From: Paraspadella gotoi
Lineage: Eukaryota > Animalia > Chaetognatha
NCBI GenBank assembly: GCA_051294375.1
Contig: CM119264.1
Span: forward strand, 4,949,955-5,013,954
DNA length: 64,000 nt
Direction: 5' to 3'
Within the stretch, counting starts at the first letter, position 1; every line of letters begins with the position of its first letter. Positions 16,009 through 29,218 of the stretch are shown piece after piece. The position numbers and the translations under genes were made by a program. The notes under the pieces were generated by a model, which saw nothing but the letters and a program-made list of their open reading frames with translations, was not told where the DNA came from and did no database searches.

Positions 16009-17391
16009 TAATAGAGACAAAGAGAGCGAGAGACACAGCTGACAGAAGCATTCCTCTTTTTCGTTTATATACCTACCGTTTTTTTTTTCTTTGAAAGTAG
16101 GAAAATTAATAAAAAAAATTATACCTTTATAGCACTTTTAAGTTTAGTTTACTTTAAAATTTAATTTACTTTAAAAACTGACAAACATTGAGTGAGGAAA
16201 GAAATGAAGAAGGAAAGGTAAAGAATGAAGGAGACCGGAAACCAGCGTCGATCGTTCGATCGAACTCGAAAACAAAAGGTCAACAGTTTCCAATTTCGAA
16301 CGATGTCGCTCCCGTCGCTTTTTACTCAGCACGCGGAGGCCACGCGAGAGCAGAGAGCGCAGACTGACTCTTCGCGATTTTGTCATCGTCGTCGACGTAA
16401 TTTTCTCAGCGTTTGTCTCCAGGATTCTTGTCAAACCAGACGCAGAAAAATGGAAAATGTTAAGTTGAGTAATTTATTTTAATTTTTATTGCGTCAATCC
16501 TTGTTAATTTTTTGGAAACTATTCAGAAAACGGTGTTCCACGAGAAAATGAAGATATAGTGAAGATTGAATTCCTCCGGTATGAAAAAGAAAGAATTATA
16601 ATAATAAGACAACATTGGTAGGGTTAAAGACTTATATGCTTATATATATCATCCAACTTATGAAGAATGCCCACAAAATTAACTGGTAGATGACAGTCCA
16701 CACGACCTGGTATCACGAGGATATGAGTGCATAAGAAAATCAAGACTATGTCAAACTCATTATCTTCTTTTTTCTAATTTAAATCGTCCTGATCTTAAAA
16801 AAAATCTAGACATCGATCTAAAATAAGAATCGTTCTTCGATTTCATTTTTCAAACCGGCGAAAAAAAAAAACCGGAGAAACGAGATTAAGTCTTTGACGC
16901 AAAGAGACATCAATCAAAAAAACAATCGCGTCGTTAGTTGAGGCCTTCGGTTTAATTCATACTTTTTCCAATATGTTGTTCATTATTTTTACGTTAGCTA
17001 AACAAAGAATTATTTAATTTCGTACAATTTAAATTCATTGATTTGTTTTCTGGTTTCTCAAATCGAAATGTAATCTCAGGTTGATAACTGCGACACAATC
17101 ATGAGGACGGTAGATAGTCGTATGAATATTTATTCGCTTCTTGGTCAAAAACAATAAAGTATGATCTTAAAATGGGAAAAAATACATAAATTTAGATGAT
17201 AGAATTGCTGAAGACAACACTAAAAACTCTTACATCATAAGAATTGATATTTCAATAATAACGTTTACTCAAATTTTATAACTAATAAATCAACGCAGAA
17301 AATGAATAATCTTTTTGAATCGTTAAATGAAAAGTACATTTTAAATAATTCTTGCAATTAATCTTAAATTTTTGATAAAAAAAAAACTTAC

Positions 17392-17930
17392 CAACAAAAA
17401 GTTGCGAGGAAGCCTTTGAGTAGCTCTTCGGGATGGTGAGGTGTCTACTGAAGATTTCGGGCGGAGGGGGAGAGGACCCCATGAGACCGGAGAGGACACC
17501 TTCTCCAGGGGTCTTCGTTTCGTTGGAGGCTCGAAATTTTCCGAGATATATTCCCCGTCATTCTCCATTCGGTTCTTCTGTCTCAGCCATTGTCGGACTC
17601 TAAAAATTATATTTACGATCGATGATCTTAAAACAAACCTATTTCTATCTAATTTAAAATGCTAATTATAGTTAAATATTGATACTAAATAAAAATACCC
17701 CTGTCAAGACCCACTCGTGAACCATCGAAAAGTTCGTCGCTCTTCATCGATCCGACCCATGCATCCTCTTCATCATCATCATCATCATCATCATCACCAT
17801 CGTCGTCAACTTCGTCGTCGATAAAACGCAAAACGCAAAACTCGTTGATTTCTAAACTGATATCCTCTAAAAACTAAATTTGCGTTACCTAATTGAACTC
17901 GCAAAGTTGAATCGTTGTGTAGTGCGGGCA
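17392..17930 (-). CDS. Probable exons of an unidentified protein (acidic run, NLS-like PPTKRRP)
   Basis: GT/AG-bounded open segments ~17850-17698 (..DDEVDDDGDDDDDDDEEDAWVGS..) and ~17599-17392 (..ENFEPPTKRRPLEKVSSP..). No family recognised. Confidence 0.35.
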
Positions 17931-18466
17931 GTGGGGGGGGGGAGGAGGATCAAGCAGGTGACTGGGTGAATGCAGTTTTTGTGATCGACACCAACAGTAA
18001 AAACGAGAAGTCAATTCTCAAGTAGAAAAGATCCTTGTTATTTTTGACAGTTCATTTTAGGCAGTTAACTGATTTCGCAGAAAGCTCTAGGTTTACCATC
18101 GTATTCAACAAAAAATTAGATGTTTATTAAACGAAAAATACAATGCCAATAGAAAAAGTGTTGAACATATAAATCAAATAATAAAGACATACCTTTTTTT
18201 GGGTTCAATTATTCAGTAATAATTTTTTAAAGAACAATTTGCACATATCACAAAAACATTGGGACATTAAAGAAGTTATTTTTATATAGTGTTCAAATCA
18301 TATCAGTAATACTGGACGAACACAAATACAGAAAAAAATCGAAAAGAATGCATAGTAATGTAAATACTTAAAAAATATGCATCCATAGAATTTTACAAAA
18401 GAAATTTCTTCACTGTATTCAGTATCCATCTTCGCATTCCATAGAGCAAAGTCTTCATTCAAAAAT

Positions 18467-19158
18467 CTACATCCCTGTTTGGAAAACATAAAAAAAAACA
18501 TGACAACAGTTAATTAGAGCTTAACGGTTGATCTTATTGTCTAACCTGTATAATCTTTGATGAATTCAATGCAATTACTGTACATAGGACTTTGAAAACA
18601 GTTAGACATGCATGATGTCTGAATAGTTTTTCCATAACTTCTTCCACAAAATCGGCAAACTTTTAGTTTAGCCTATGAAAGATAAAAGAAAACGGTGAGT
18701 CATTATCATAAGTAGCAGGTTTAATAAATGGTTAAAAAAAATATAAATAATTTATGAAAAATTTGTTTACATTTTTCCTCTTGTTCTTACCTCATACATC
18801 AGATCGGATATGTTGCAAATGTTGGTCGGTGTCCTTTTGTTTTTATCTGTCAAAAGCTCCATGGATTCTTTGTCCAAAGCGCCTTCCGTACCAAAGCTGA
18901 ACAAAACATCAAATAATCAGTCGTGATTTCTTTAAAGTAAATTTTTTTTCTTTTAAAGGTTTTGAATGGGGAAATAATTAGTAACTACTTATGATTAATT
19001 TTTTTTTTCAATTCAAGTGTTCTGCTAAATTTCGGAAAGCTTAAAATGTTTATTACAACTCTAAAAAACTCCAAAGTCAATGTAAACAACTGGAAAGTTA
19101 GTGAATTTCAAATGCTGATGAAGACTCGAACTCAAAGAGTCGAAACATGTCCGTCTAT

Positions 19159-19195
<37 letters not shown>

Positions 19196-19625
19196 CACTT
19201 TGTTTTTCTCTAAATAAAAACTCTAAATACGAATAGATTTTCGTTCAAATTTCAAAAATTAAAAACTAAATAAAACAAACGTAACTCATATTAAACTATA
19301 AAACAAAATAATACAATATTAACAACGGATTTTTAAAAAAAACTAAAGAAATTCGTTCAACACATTGTCTTTAATTTTTTACCGACTGGCTTTCTGTTTT
19401 GTATTTTGTACCTTATTATACAATAAGAATAAAAACACGCATCCATAGTCCAATTTTTTTAATGGCATTAATCTTTTATCGCATCACTCGTCGTCAAATA
19501 CTAACATATAACTTAATCATTTCTTACTCTGAAACGTCGGTAGGAAGCTTCCAAGCGGAAGCCGAGGAAAACGTGAGGCAAAAAGCGAGAAAGATGAAAA
19601 TCCCATGTTGTTGCAGAGTGAGCAT
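18467..19625 (-). CDS. Secreted CHH/ITP-superfamily-like neuropeptide precursor, 112 aa
   Basis: Exons 19625-19528, 18896-18791, 18672-18546 and 18474-18467 join in phase with canonical GT-AG: MLTLQQHGIFIFLAFCLTFSSASA WKLPTDVSDFGTEGALDKESMELLTDKN KR TPTNICNISDLMYEAKLKVCRFCGRSYGKTIQTSCMSNCFQSPMYSNCIEFIKDYTGM*. This gives signal peptide, propeptide, KR site and C-x13-C-x2-C-x11-C-x3-CF-x7-C. Confidence 0.8.
19112..19154 (+). ncRNA. Minimal type I hammerhead ribozyme (Penelope-like remnant)
   Basis: AUG CUGAUGA A GACUC gaacucaaa GAGUC GAAA CAUG UC CGU, followed by an (AAAT)n tail. Confidence 0.75.
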
Positions 19626-20189
19626 TTTCGTCAAGTGTCCCTGAGTTAAAGAAATGGTGCAGTTTCATATCGCTTGTTCGTATTCGAGTGTGGAATTACA
19701 ATAGGAGAACGCGTTTTTGCAATACACTATTTAACTTTTACGTATAAATGATTTTAATATCATTAGCCAGTATAAATAATTTGTAATTATACGTATGTCT
19801 AACTTGTCTATAGTTCATATTTAAAATGTTCAACTTTTTCGAAACTTCAGAATGTTATATACATTTTTTTGAAAAATGATTTACGCGTAGATGCAAAAAT
19901 GAAAAAAAATAGCACAAAATCATCTTATCTAATTTGTATAATTTATTCCTATTACTATTAGTAATAGTTATTATCTAAAACTTCGTTTTGATTTATTTAA
20001 TCCGAAAAAAGATGTGAATGGAGAAAGAAAATAATAATAACATAGCAACGAGAGCATTGTAATTAAGTTTTAAAGTAGTAAAACCTTTTTGAAAAGCTCA
20101 CTTTTTGTTTTTCCTCTGGACCGCCTTTTGTTTAAATTTAAATTTTTTCTTCTTTCACTACTTTTGTAATTTTTGTATTTTTTTGTCGC

Positions 20190-20430
20190 TAGTGAGATTC
20201 GTGGCGGCGTAAAAATCCAAGGCGCGCCTCTCGTCAGCGCCGTTTTTAAGGCGGCGCGGAATCTTATCGCGACGCCGCGCGTTTCTCCCGCGTCGCCGCT
20301 CGATTCCTCGACGCCGCCGCGGCGACGGAACCGATGACGTCAACGGGCGGGCGACGGTCACGTGACCGTGTCGCGTGACGTCGCGTGACGACCCGGATGA
20401 CGTTCGGGCCAAGGTCGACGTCTCGGAGGA
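20190..20430. promoter_or_regulatory. CpG-rich island upstream of the neuropeptide gene, with a CRE and an E-box palindrome
   Basis: TGACGTCA at 20335-20342 and the perfect 16-bp palindrome ACGGTCACGTGACCGT at 20354-20369, in a GC-rich patch within AT-rich DNA. Confidence 0.4.
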
Positions 20431-21239
20431 AAAGTGAGTTTGGGGGGGGGGCGGGAGTTGGGGAGGGATATGACCCGATTCATAATCGGGGTCATTCGCG
20501 ACAGGAAGGAAAGCGAATGATTGAGCGATGAAAGAGGTAAGGGTAGGTGAGGTCTTGGTGGGCGTGGCCAAATGGAACAAAAAAGAAAAAAAGACGAAAA
20601 TAAATGAAACTGAAAGTCGAAGATCGATCATATTATGGCACCAATGACGCGATGGCATGAAACATCGATGGAAAAAATCCTCTAAACATCGTAAAAACGT
20701 TTATATTAGCTTAGTGAGAGACAAAAAAATAATCGATAGAAAAAGAATTAATTAGAAATGAAAAGAAGGAAAAAAAGAGGAAAAGAAAGGGAAGAAAAAA
20801 AAGAAAAGAAGAAAAGAAAACCAACGGAATCAAAGAAAAGCAAAGAAAAGCAAAGAAAAGCAAAGAAAATCAAAGAAAAGCAAAGGATTCAAAAGAAATG
20901 GAAGGAAAACTAAATTCTAATCTGCGATTTCGTCCGAATTAAAATTCGTGATTTTTCCGACTTCCGGCGCTGATATCGAGAAATCCCGAGGATTTGGAAG
21001 AGAAGGCTGCGGCGGCGGCGACGGTTGCTGCGGAAGCGGCAGCGGCAGCGGCGGCGTAGACGATTAGGGGAATTCGTCCAAAGTCAACACAATTTTTACT
21101 CTAAAGTCGATGAGCATGAAAGTTGCTAATTGAAAAAAAAAAAAAATTGAAAAGGTTTTAGGCAAGAATGTTTTAGAGATAAGATTATCGGACGCAGCTA
21201 AACCGGTGGGGGCGGAGTCTAATGGACTCTCAAATAAAG

Positions 21240-21347
21240 CCGGTATTGCCGACTTCATTGCCGGTATTGCCGACTTCATTGCCGGTATTGCCGACTTCAT
21301 TGCCGGTATTGCCGACTTCATTGCCGGTATTGCCGACTTCATTGCCG
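21240..21347. repeat. 5 x 21-bp minisatellite
   Basis: Exact repeats of gccggtattgccgacttcatt. Confidence 0.95.
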
Positions 21348-22989
21348 CCAGTTTTCCTTTCGCTCAATTGTAAACTTTCATATCGAGATAAAAAAATGTT
21401 GGGGAAAACTAACGGTATGGATTTTTGTCCAGGCAAAGCGAAGGCGACTAAGCAAAAGCCTCACCTTTACGCCTTACCGCCTTTTCGGCCAATTGACAAA
21501 AAATCGCGCTTGAAATTTTGTGTAAATATATAGGTGTCTTCCTACGAATTACAGTTAAAATTGTGCAAAATTTTTAAATATGGTGCCTTCAAGTTTTAAA
21601 GCAACTTAAAATATAAATATTTTTACAAGAATAGCGAGTTTTTTTTTTACCTAAACTTCGGTGGGTTCATCCGCCCACGCCTCCTTCGCCTCCCGTCGCC
21701 GTCGCCATCTTTGTTATTCTCCAAAACAACGTCCGCCGCCTTCGTCTCTTCTTTTCGGGCGACTGACGTGGCCGCCACGCTTCATTTGCTTTCTTTCATT
21801 AGCCAGACGACGACAAAAACGACGACGATGAGGTAGACGACAATAACGACGACGAAAACGACGACGACGAATACGAACTGAAGACGACAATGACAACGAC
21901 GATAACTACAAGAAAAACGTGAAGAAAGACAACAATGACGACCACAAAGACGACAAAAAAGGCGACAAGGACGGCGACGACGAAGACAAAGACGACGATT
22001 CTGAATATAACGACGATTACGCGGATATATCTAGCGCGGTTCGGCTCAAAAGAACAACTACTTCAACATAATTTCACGACGAAGAAGACGACGATGACAA
22101 CGACACAACCTAATAAGGGTGGTACTCGCTTGCTTGCACAGTTCCGCTCAAAATGACGCCGACCAAGAGAGCAACTCCCACAATATAATTTCCCGACGAA
22201 GAAGACGACGATGACAATGACACAACCAAATAAAGGCGGCGCTCCTTTGCTTAGGCGGTTCCGCTTTCGTTTACACTTCGTTTCGAAGTCAACAGGATGT
22301 GACGTCGCGCGTTCGATTGGATGCGACACGCCCACCTTTTCTCTCCACCGAAAGCGACTTCTGACGTCGGCCTTTCGCGGTTCCGCTTTTCCGACGCAAG
22401 TTGTTGACGAAAAGAGGAAAAATTGCGTCGAAAAAAAAATGTCGATGAAATTTTCAACTTGACGGATGTGACTCTGTCTTTGGGAATAATGATGATGTTG
22501 TTGTTAAGAAAATGGTGATTTTTTTTGACAGGGAGACAAATTGCGCGATGTTTTGTAATTATAGATTTTTTTGAACTCCATTTAAAAATGTAAGACTGTT
22601 AAAACCAGGATTGCTTCGCGTTCCACGAAACTTCGACCGTACAACTTTGCACCAACTGCTCGCCAATCACAAAACAGAGCCTCTACCTCCCACCCGGCCT
22701 TCAACACCCCCTCCAGACCCACACCTGTCCCCCTTCCAACGCCCACGCGCGCGAAAGAAAAACAAAAAACAATTCCTTTCCATCAAATCGGGCAGAGGGG
22801 AAGGGCCAGGGTTATTTAAAAATAGAGGTAGCGCTAGCAATCACTTAGAATATAGTTTTTCCAAGTCAAGTAAAAAATAGCAAAAGAGCAACCAAATTTA
22901 AGCCGTATTAAATTTTGGGTCATGTGAATGTGATTGCTTTTTGTGATCACGGTCTCAACTTACTGTGACTTAACTAACTTGATATATAT

Positions 22990-23137
22990 AGTCATTCGCC
23001 TCCCAACCCAAAGGTCCGGGGTCTAGCCGGTGGTCGTCTGGCAGTTAAGAGGACGGGGCGCTTAAACCCGCCTGTAACATGGTGTTACAGCCTGATCCGA
23101 AGCTCAGGGACTGCTTATATTGAACGGTTCCTGTCAT
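22990..23137 (+). mobile_element. SINE family B copy 2 with twister motif (23041-23114)
   Basis: Homologous to 14285-14437. It keeps CGCC (T2), P3, P4 with loop UCCGAAGC and P5; P2 is altered. Confidence 0.7.
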
Positions 23138-23416
23138 TAACACTTATCGATAATTACTGTCTCTTCATTATGTTACATTAATTTCATAACAAATATAAAC
23201 AAAATTGATGAAGTATTAGCCGAGTTATAAGCATTTTTAATGAAAGTAGGACAGACGCGACGGACAGTCAGACAGAGAAACATACGGACCGGACCGACCG
23301 AAAAGCGAGTTACATCGCGAGTACTGGTTTTCAATGGTTTTCAATCTCAGTCCAGCTGCTGGAATCGATACACTTTATTAACAATAAAAGAAAACGATTT
23401 TTAACGATTATTATTT

Positions 23417-23871
23417 TCAGGTTTCCCCCGTCGCTAGGAGAAGACGCAGTTTACTTTTTCCCTGGCCCAGTTTTGGCAAGTTGACTTTGTCTGGCACTTT
23501 GTGGATTTCTTGTTCTACTTTGATCGGTGGTTCTTTGACTGTGCGAAGGTGTTGGGTTCGAGGGGGGAAGGGGGTTAGAGATGTTGAGACGGGTAGCAGG
23601 GTGTGAGGGGGTCAAAGTGGGGGAGGAAGGGAGTAGGGTCAAAATAGGCAGTGGTGGAGAGAGGCGGCAGGGGTGCGAAAAGAAAGGGCGGGGATCATGG
23701 TGACGGAAGATATACAATACGGCCCCTGAGATAGCCATCTCGCAATCCGCCATGAAAAAAAAAGGCATAAATTTATTCGTTGAAAGAAAAATGGTCCATA
23801 GTTTTCATGTCACTTACGACTTCCGGTTGTGAGACGCTTACCTGCAGACGCCGACTGAGATTTAGAGAGAG

Positions 23872-23959
<88 letters not shown>

Positions 23960-26900
23960 TGTGAGTGAGTGATGAGTGAGAGTGATATAAGTAAAGTGAC
24001 AGTGAGCGTACTGTTAGTAGAAGTTAAATAATGATAAAATACAGAAGAAATAAACAATAATGGCTAATAGCGGTAAAAATGTAAGGCGAAAGGCATTTAA
24101 AAAGATAATAAACAAACCTGAAAGTAAAACGAGAGGCTCAGATCGAACTTATTCAGATCTGACGATCCAAACTCACCGCGTGTGAGATGATAGGAAGCCT
24201 CGCCTCGTCGAAGCGAACGCGGCGGACTCGCCAATATCCTTTGTCGACGACGTATTGCGAATTGAGGCGAATCGCGTCCATGTTGTAGTAGTTGCAATTG
24301 CGAGGTAGAAGAGGTTGCGCCTAGGAGATAATCATTATCATCGTCGTCATCATAATCATCATCTTCATCATCATTATCATTATATATTATTATTATTTTA
24401 TTATTATTCTTCAACCATAAAGGACGATATCAAAAAAAAAAGCAACGAGAAAACTTAATAATAACTGTAATCGCACAATAACAAAAGCAACAATATCATT
24501 ATCATCGTCGTCATCATAATCATCATCTTATCATCATATCATATTATTATTATTTGTTCATTATTATTCTTCAACATAACAAGGACGATACAAAACAGCA
24601 ACGAGAAAACTTATAATAACTGTAATCGCTACAATAACAAAAGCAACAATAATCATTATCATCGTCGTCATCATAATCATCATCTTCATCATCATTATTC
24701 ATATATTATTATTATTTTATTATTCTTCAACAATAACAAGGACGATATCAAAAACAAAAGCAACGAGAAAACTTTAATAACTGTAATCGCTACAATAACA
24801 AACAGCAACAACTAACAACAACAACAACAACAACAACAACGACGTCGCCAACCGACCTTCCACAAAATCGACTCCAGAAGAAGATTCTCCTTCTGGAGCT
24901 GACGAATCGTTTCTATCAATCTTCTCCTCCTGAAATAATAAAATGATTCCCTCATCAAAATCGACTCTAGAAGAAGATTCTCCTTCTGGAGCTGAACGAA
25001 TCGTTTCTATCAAATCTTCTCCTCCTGAAATAATAAAATGATTCCCCTCATCAAAATCGACTCAGAAGAAGATTCTCCTTCTGGAGCTGACGAATCGTTT
25101 CTATAAAATCTTCTCTCTCCTGAAATAATAAAATTGATTCCCCTCATCAAAATCGACTCTAGAAGAAGATTCTCCTTCTGGAGCTGACGAATCGTTTCTA
25201 TCAAATCTTCTCTCTCCTGAAATAATAAAATTGATTCCCCTCATCAAAATCGACTCTAGAAGAAGATTCTCCTTCTGGAGCTGACGAATCGTTTCTTCAT
25301 AATCTTCTGCTCTCCTGAAAATAATAAAATTGATTCCCCTCATCATTTTTCAAATTATATAAATTACTAAAAAGATAAAGGGGCAACAACAACGACCTGC
25401 TCGAATTCTGCCTGGAGGTCGTCCTGCTCTTGTCTCGCCATTTGAAGATCCGTCAACAGTTTGTCAACGTGCTCCCTTTTAAGATTTTATGTTTTATATC
25501 ATATACTAATGATAGTAATAATAACTAAACATTTAAAAAAAAAACAATAAAATTCCAATTATTTTATCATCATTATTATCATAATCCATAATATGAATTA
25601 TGGTATTATTACGACAACAAATACCATATCAGGCAGAGGTTCCGTTTACTTGGTGAGTTGATTCTCTTTGGCCAAATTCATGAAGGTGTTGACGATGGCC
25701 TTGTCGTCCCCCTTGTTGAGAGCCTTCAGCATTTGCTTGTGATAAACTTCGCTCTCTTCCTTCATCTTTAACATTTTCTGACTGAAATCAGCGAGGATCA
25801 AGAAACGGGCAAAGGGAATGACAAAGTGAGTCAGCGTCTGTGATGAAAGCTGCTATGTTATCATTCTGTAAGAGGGATTGATGCCTGAGGATCAAGAAAC
25901 GGGCAAAGGGAATGACAAAGTGAGTCAGCGTCTTGATTGAAAGCTGCTATGTTATCATTCTGTAAGAGGGATTGATGCCTCAACCCACATAAGTCTGTTC
26001 GAAATCAGGGGCAAGAAAGCTTATTTATTGAATGAGTGGATAATTTTTATATTTGTTTTAACAATTTCATAACATGAATCAGTGAAGGTGAGAACAATAT
26101 TGAAAAAAAAGACGACGACGACGACGATTATGAAATTTTGCAGAATGACAAACAATGACAAACAATGACAATGACAGACTGACATGGCGGCGTCGTCATC
26201 CTTCTTTTCTCCGCCGACGAATTTGGATTCCATATCTTTGATGTCCGCTTGCATCTTCGCTTCCATCTGCTTCAACTTTTGCTTGTATTCTTCTTCAAGC
26301 TGCTTGTCGACCGGCGCCTCCTTGGAAGCCGCCGTCGTCGTCGTCGAAGTCGTCGGCGGACCTGGAGGTTGGAAAAGATCGAGGATTCTCTCTTTGTAAA
26401 AACTAAGACGACCACAACCACAACAACAATATAACAATTATACAATAACATGGAATAAAGAACAGGACCTCAAAGTTTATCTCCACTTTATTAGGAAGAA
26501 CAACCACTACTAAGGAAGGCCATCAGACTTTGTCAACCTTCTGCGCCGATTCCCGGTTTGACCTCGGCTCCTTTCTTTCCCTTATTCACGTCCGTACCAC
26601 TCATGGAGATCGTTTCGGCTGAAAGGAATTCATTATTTATGAAAATTATATTTTAATAAAAAATTATTCGAATTTAACTGATTGATAGTCTTTTCAATTG
26701 CTCCAATATGCAAATAAGATTAAAAAACTCATTTCAATGTTAAATAAATCAGCCAAATATCATATCATATCTTATATCATGTATCTTATCTATCATTCGC
26801 GTTTTAGAAATAGACATCTCAATTATAACAGGCTCAAAAAATAACTGGTTACAGTTGTCACCCCGGACATCACCCCGCTCGTTCACTCACCTCACGCTCG

Positions 26901-29183
26901 CGCACAACAAACGCCCCCATGCTATCGGAATCTTCCCCGCGAGCATCCCCTCAGCTTTCGATCTCGTCCGCCATCTCCCGCATCTTCGTGTCCTTTGGAT
27001 CTTCGTTGCGATGCGGTTTTGTTCTTGATGTTCTTGCGCGCGGTTGGCGTAGCGCAGCGTCGAGAGGTCTCGTCAAAGTTGTCCGCCGCCGGAGAGACGG
27101 CGCAGATCATGAGGGTCTTGGTGTTGCCACCGAGAGAGCCTTGGGGGGGGGGGAGAAGGGTAAAGGGGGGAGTTAGATGACCGAAACGGAAAAATCTCAA
27201 AGATGAATGACGAGAAAGAAATTCGCCCTATTCTTGTCCGGAATAGAATTCGATCACTTTTTATTTAGTCAGATTTGTCAATTTTGGATTTGATGTTTTA
27301 GTTGCATCAATTTTACTTATTCAATTCTACATTATTTATGACCTAAAATGTTAAAATCGTAAAATCCGTGGTAGGATTTTTTTTTCTTAAAATGAAATGG
27401 GTGGCTTTTAATGGACAAAGAACGGTCAATGAATAAAGTAAACATTAGGTACCGGGATCGATCCCCAATGGCCTCTACCCTACGGGGAGCGTCAGGAGTC
27501 AGGACGGCCCCGAAACCGCCTTGGGACCACGAAAAACTCAAAAGACTGGTGTCAAGCCCAGGACCCGTTCCATGGCTTTCGGAGGGACAGAGAAGATACG
27601 AATATTTTTATTTAATTTTGCCAACTTTGTTCCTTTTTAGATAAATAACAAACCAAATGTTCTTCATAAAAGCCATAGCTTCTGTTATCGCTGCTTTAAA
27701 TTTATTTCTAAATTTTTTTAAAGCATTATTGTTATTATCAATTAAAAAAACGTCAAATAATTTAATACAATCAAATCTGTATGAGTATAAAACGTACACC
27801 ACGCCGCTTTCTTAAACAAGTGGGTTCAAGTACTACAGGTACTGCACCTCATTATTACCGAAAACACGCCCAAGAATAAGATATACGTTAAGTTATCAGC
27901 AAAATAAATAATCACTATTATCCTCCATCAATGACCTGCAACAGCCTCGTCAGCTTCGAATCTCTGTAAGGAATGTGCTTCCCCTTGCCAGCGGCGGCCA
28001 AGGCGGAGATGACGTTCCCCAGCGCCGAGAGAGATAGATTGATCTTCGTCGCTTCCTTTAATCGATCCCCCGTCGCACCGGATTTCGTTTGACGCTCGGA
28101 TCCCGCGAGATCGACCAGGTTCAACATGGCCGCGCGTGCGCCTGACCCGCCCTGTCTGGGGCGAACAAGGGCGCTCCTATGAGTAGATTTATCATTTTTC
28201 GCAGAAATGTACGAAATAATAATAATAATAATACAAAAAAACAACCAAGAAGTAGCAATTGGTATTGATCACTATAATTATCATTGTCCTGTTTCGAACT
28301 TTTTTACTCACCCAATATCGCTTTTGACCCTTATATTTGCTGTTTTTATTTCTTTCTTTTCGTTGCGTTAGTGAATAAACGAAAGGGTTTTTTTTTTATA
28401 ATCAACAACTGATATTTGCGCTGAAGAAGATTTGCACCAAAGTCGAAACATATCCATTATTAAATAAAAATAGTTGTTAACTAAAAAGTACCCTTTCGTT
28501 TATACTCTTATATTTATAAACTAATAAACTTTCTCGCTCTCGATCAATCTTGTTCCTTTGTTTAGTTAGAATATTTCAAAACTTTTTCACAGCGACATCT
28601 GTCACTTTTATTTAAAATTAGTCAACAATAGAACCTTTTTGCGTAACAGATTTTGCATTAATTTACTGCTTCAACAAATATTTTTCAATCACCGCTTTTG
28701 GTCGACGTGTATGATGAAGATGCTGTGGCTTCTCGAGCTGTCGGCGTTCATGAGCGTCGCTCCGACGGCGCGATTGTTGAGTCCTTTGTCCATCAACTTC
28801 TCGCACTCTTCGGGAGTCTTGACCCCGTGGTCAGAGAGATCCTGCGGAGACGAGGGAAACCACATTGATGAAAAGGGCAACCACAACGATTGACAACACA
28901 ACATTACAGCAACGACACCAGTGATATTCACAAGAACGAATAGGACATCCAATACAACGACGACGATATCGACAAAAGACGACAACGACCACAACGACGA
29001 CTACAACGTCGACCACAACGACGACGACCACGAAGACCACAACGGACGAAATTGCAAAACGACTGAGAAATTTACAAAGACGAGGGCACCCATGACGACA
29101 ATGTCGACATTTAAAAGGACAACAACCACGATAACCACTCTGAAGTTGTCTACCAAGACGAGGACATGCACCTCGAAAAGCAG

Positions 29184-29218
<35 letters not shown>

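Noticed and set aside
26890-27140. KIF17, FREM and PhyH genes as pseudogenes because of frameshifts
   Set aside because: Single-base indels cluster in poorly polished regions while motifs and splice sites stay intact, which points to sequencing error.
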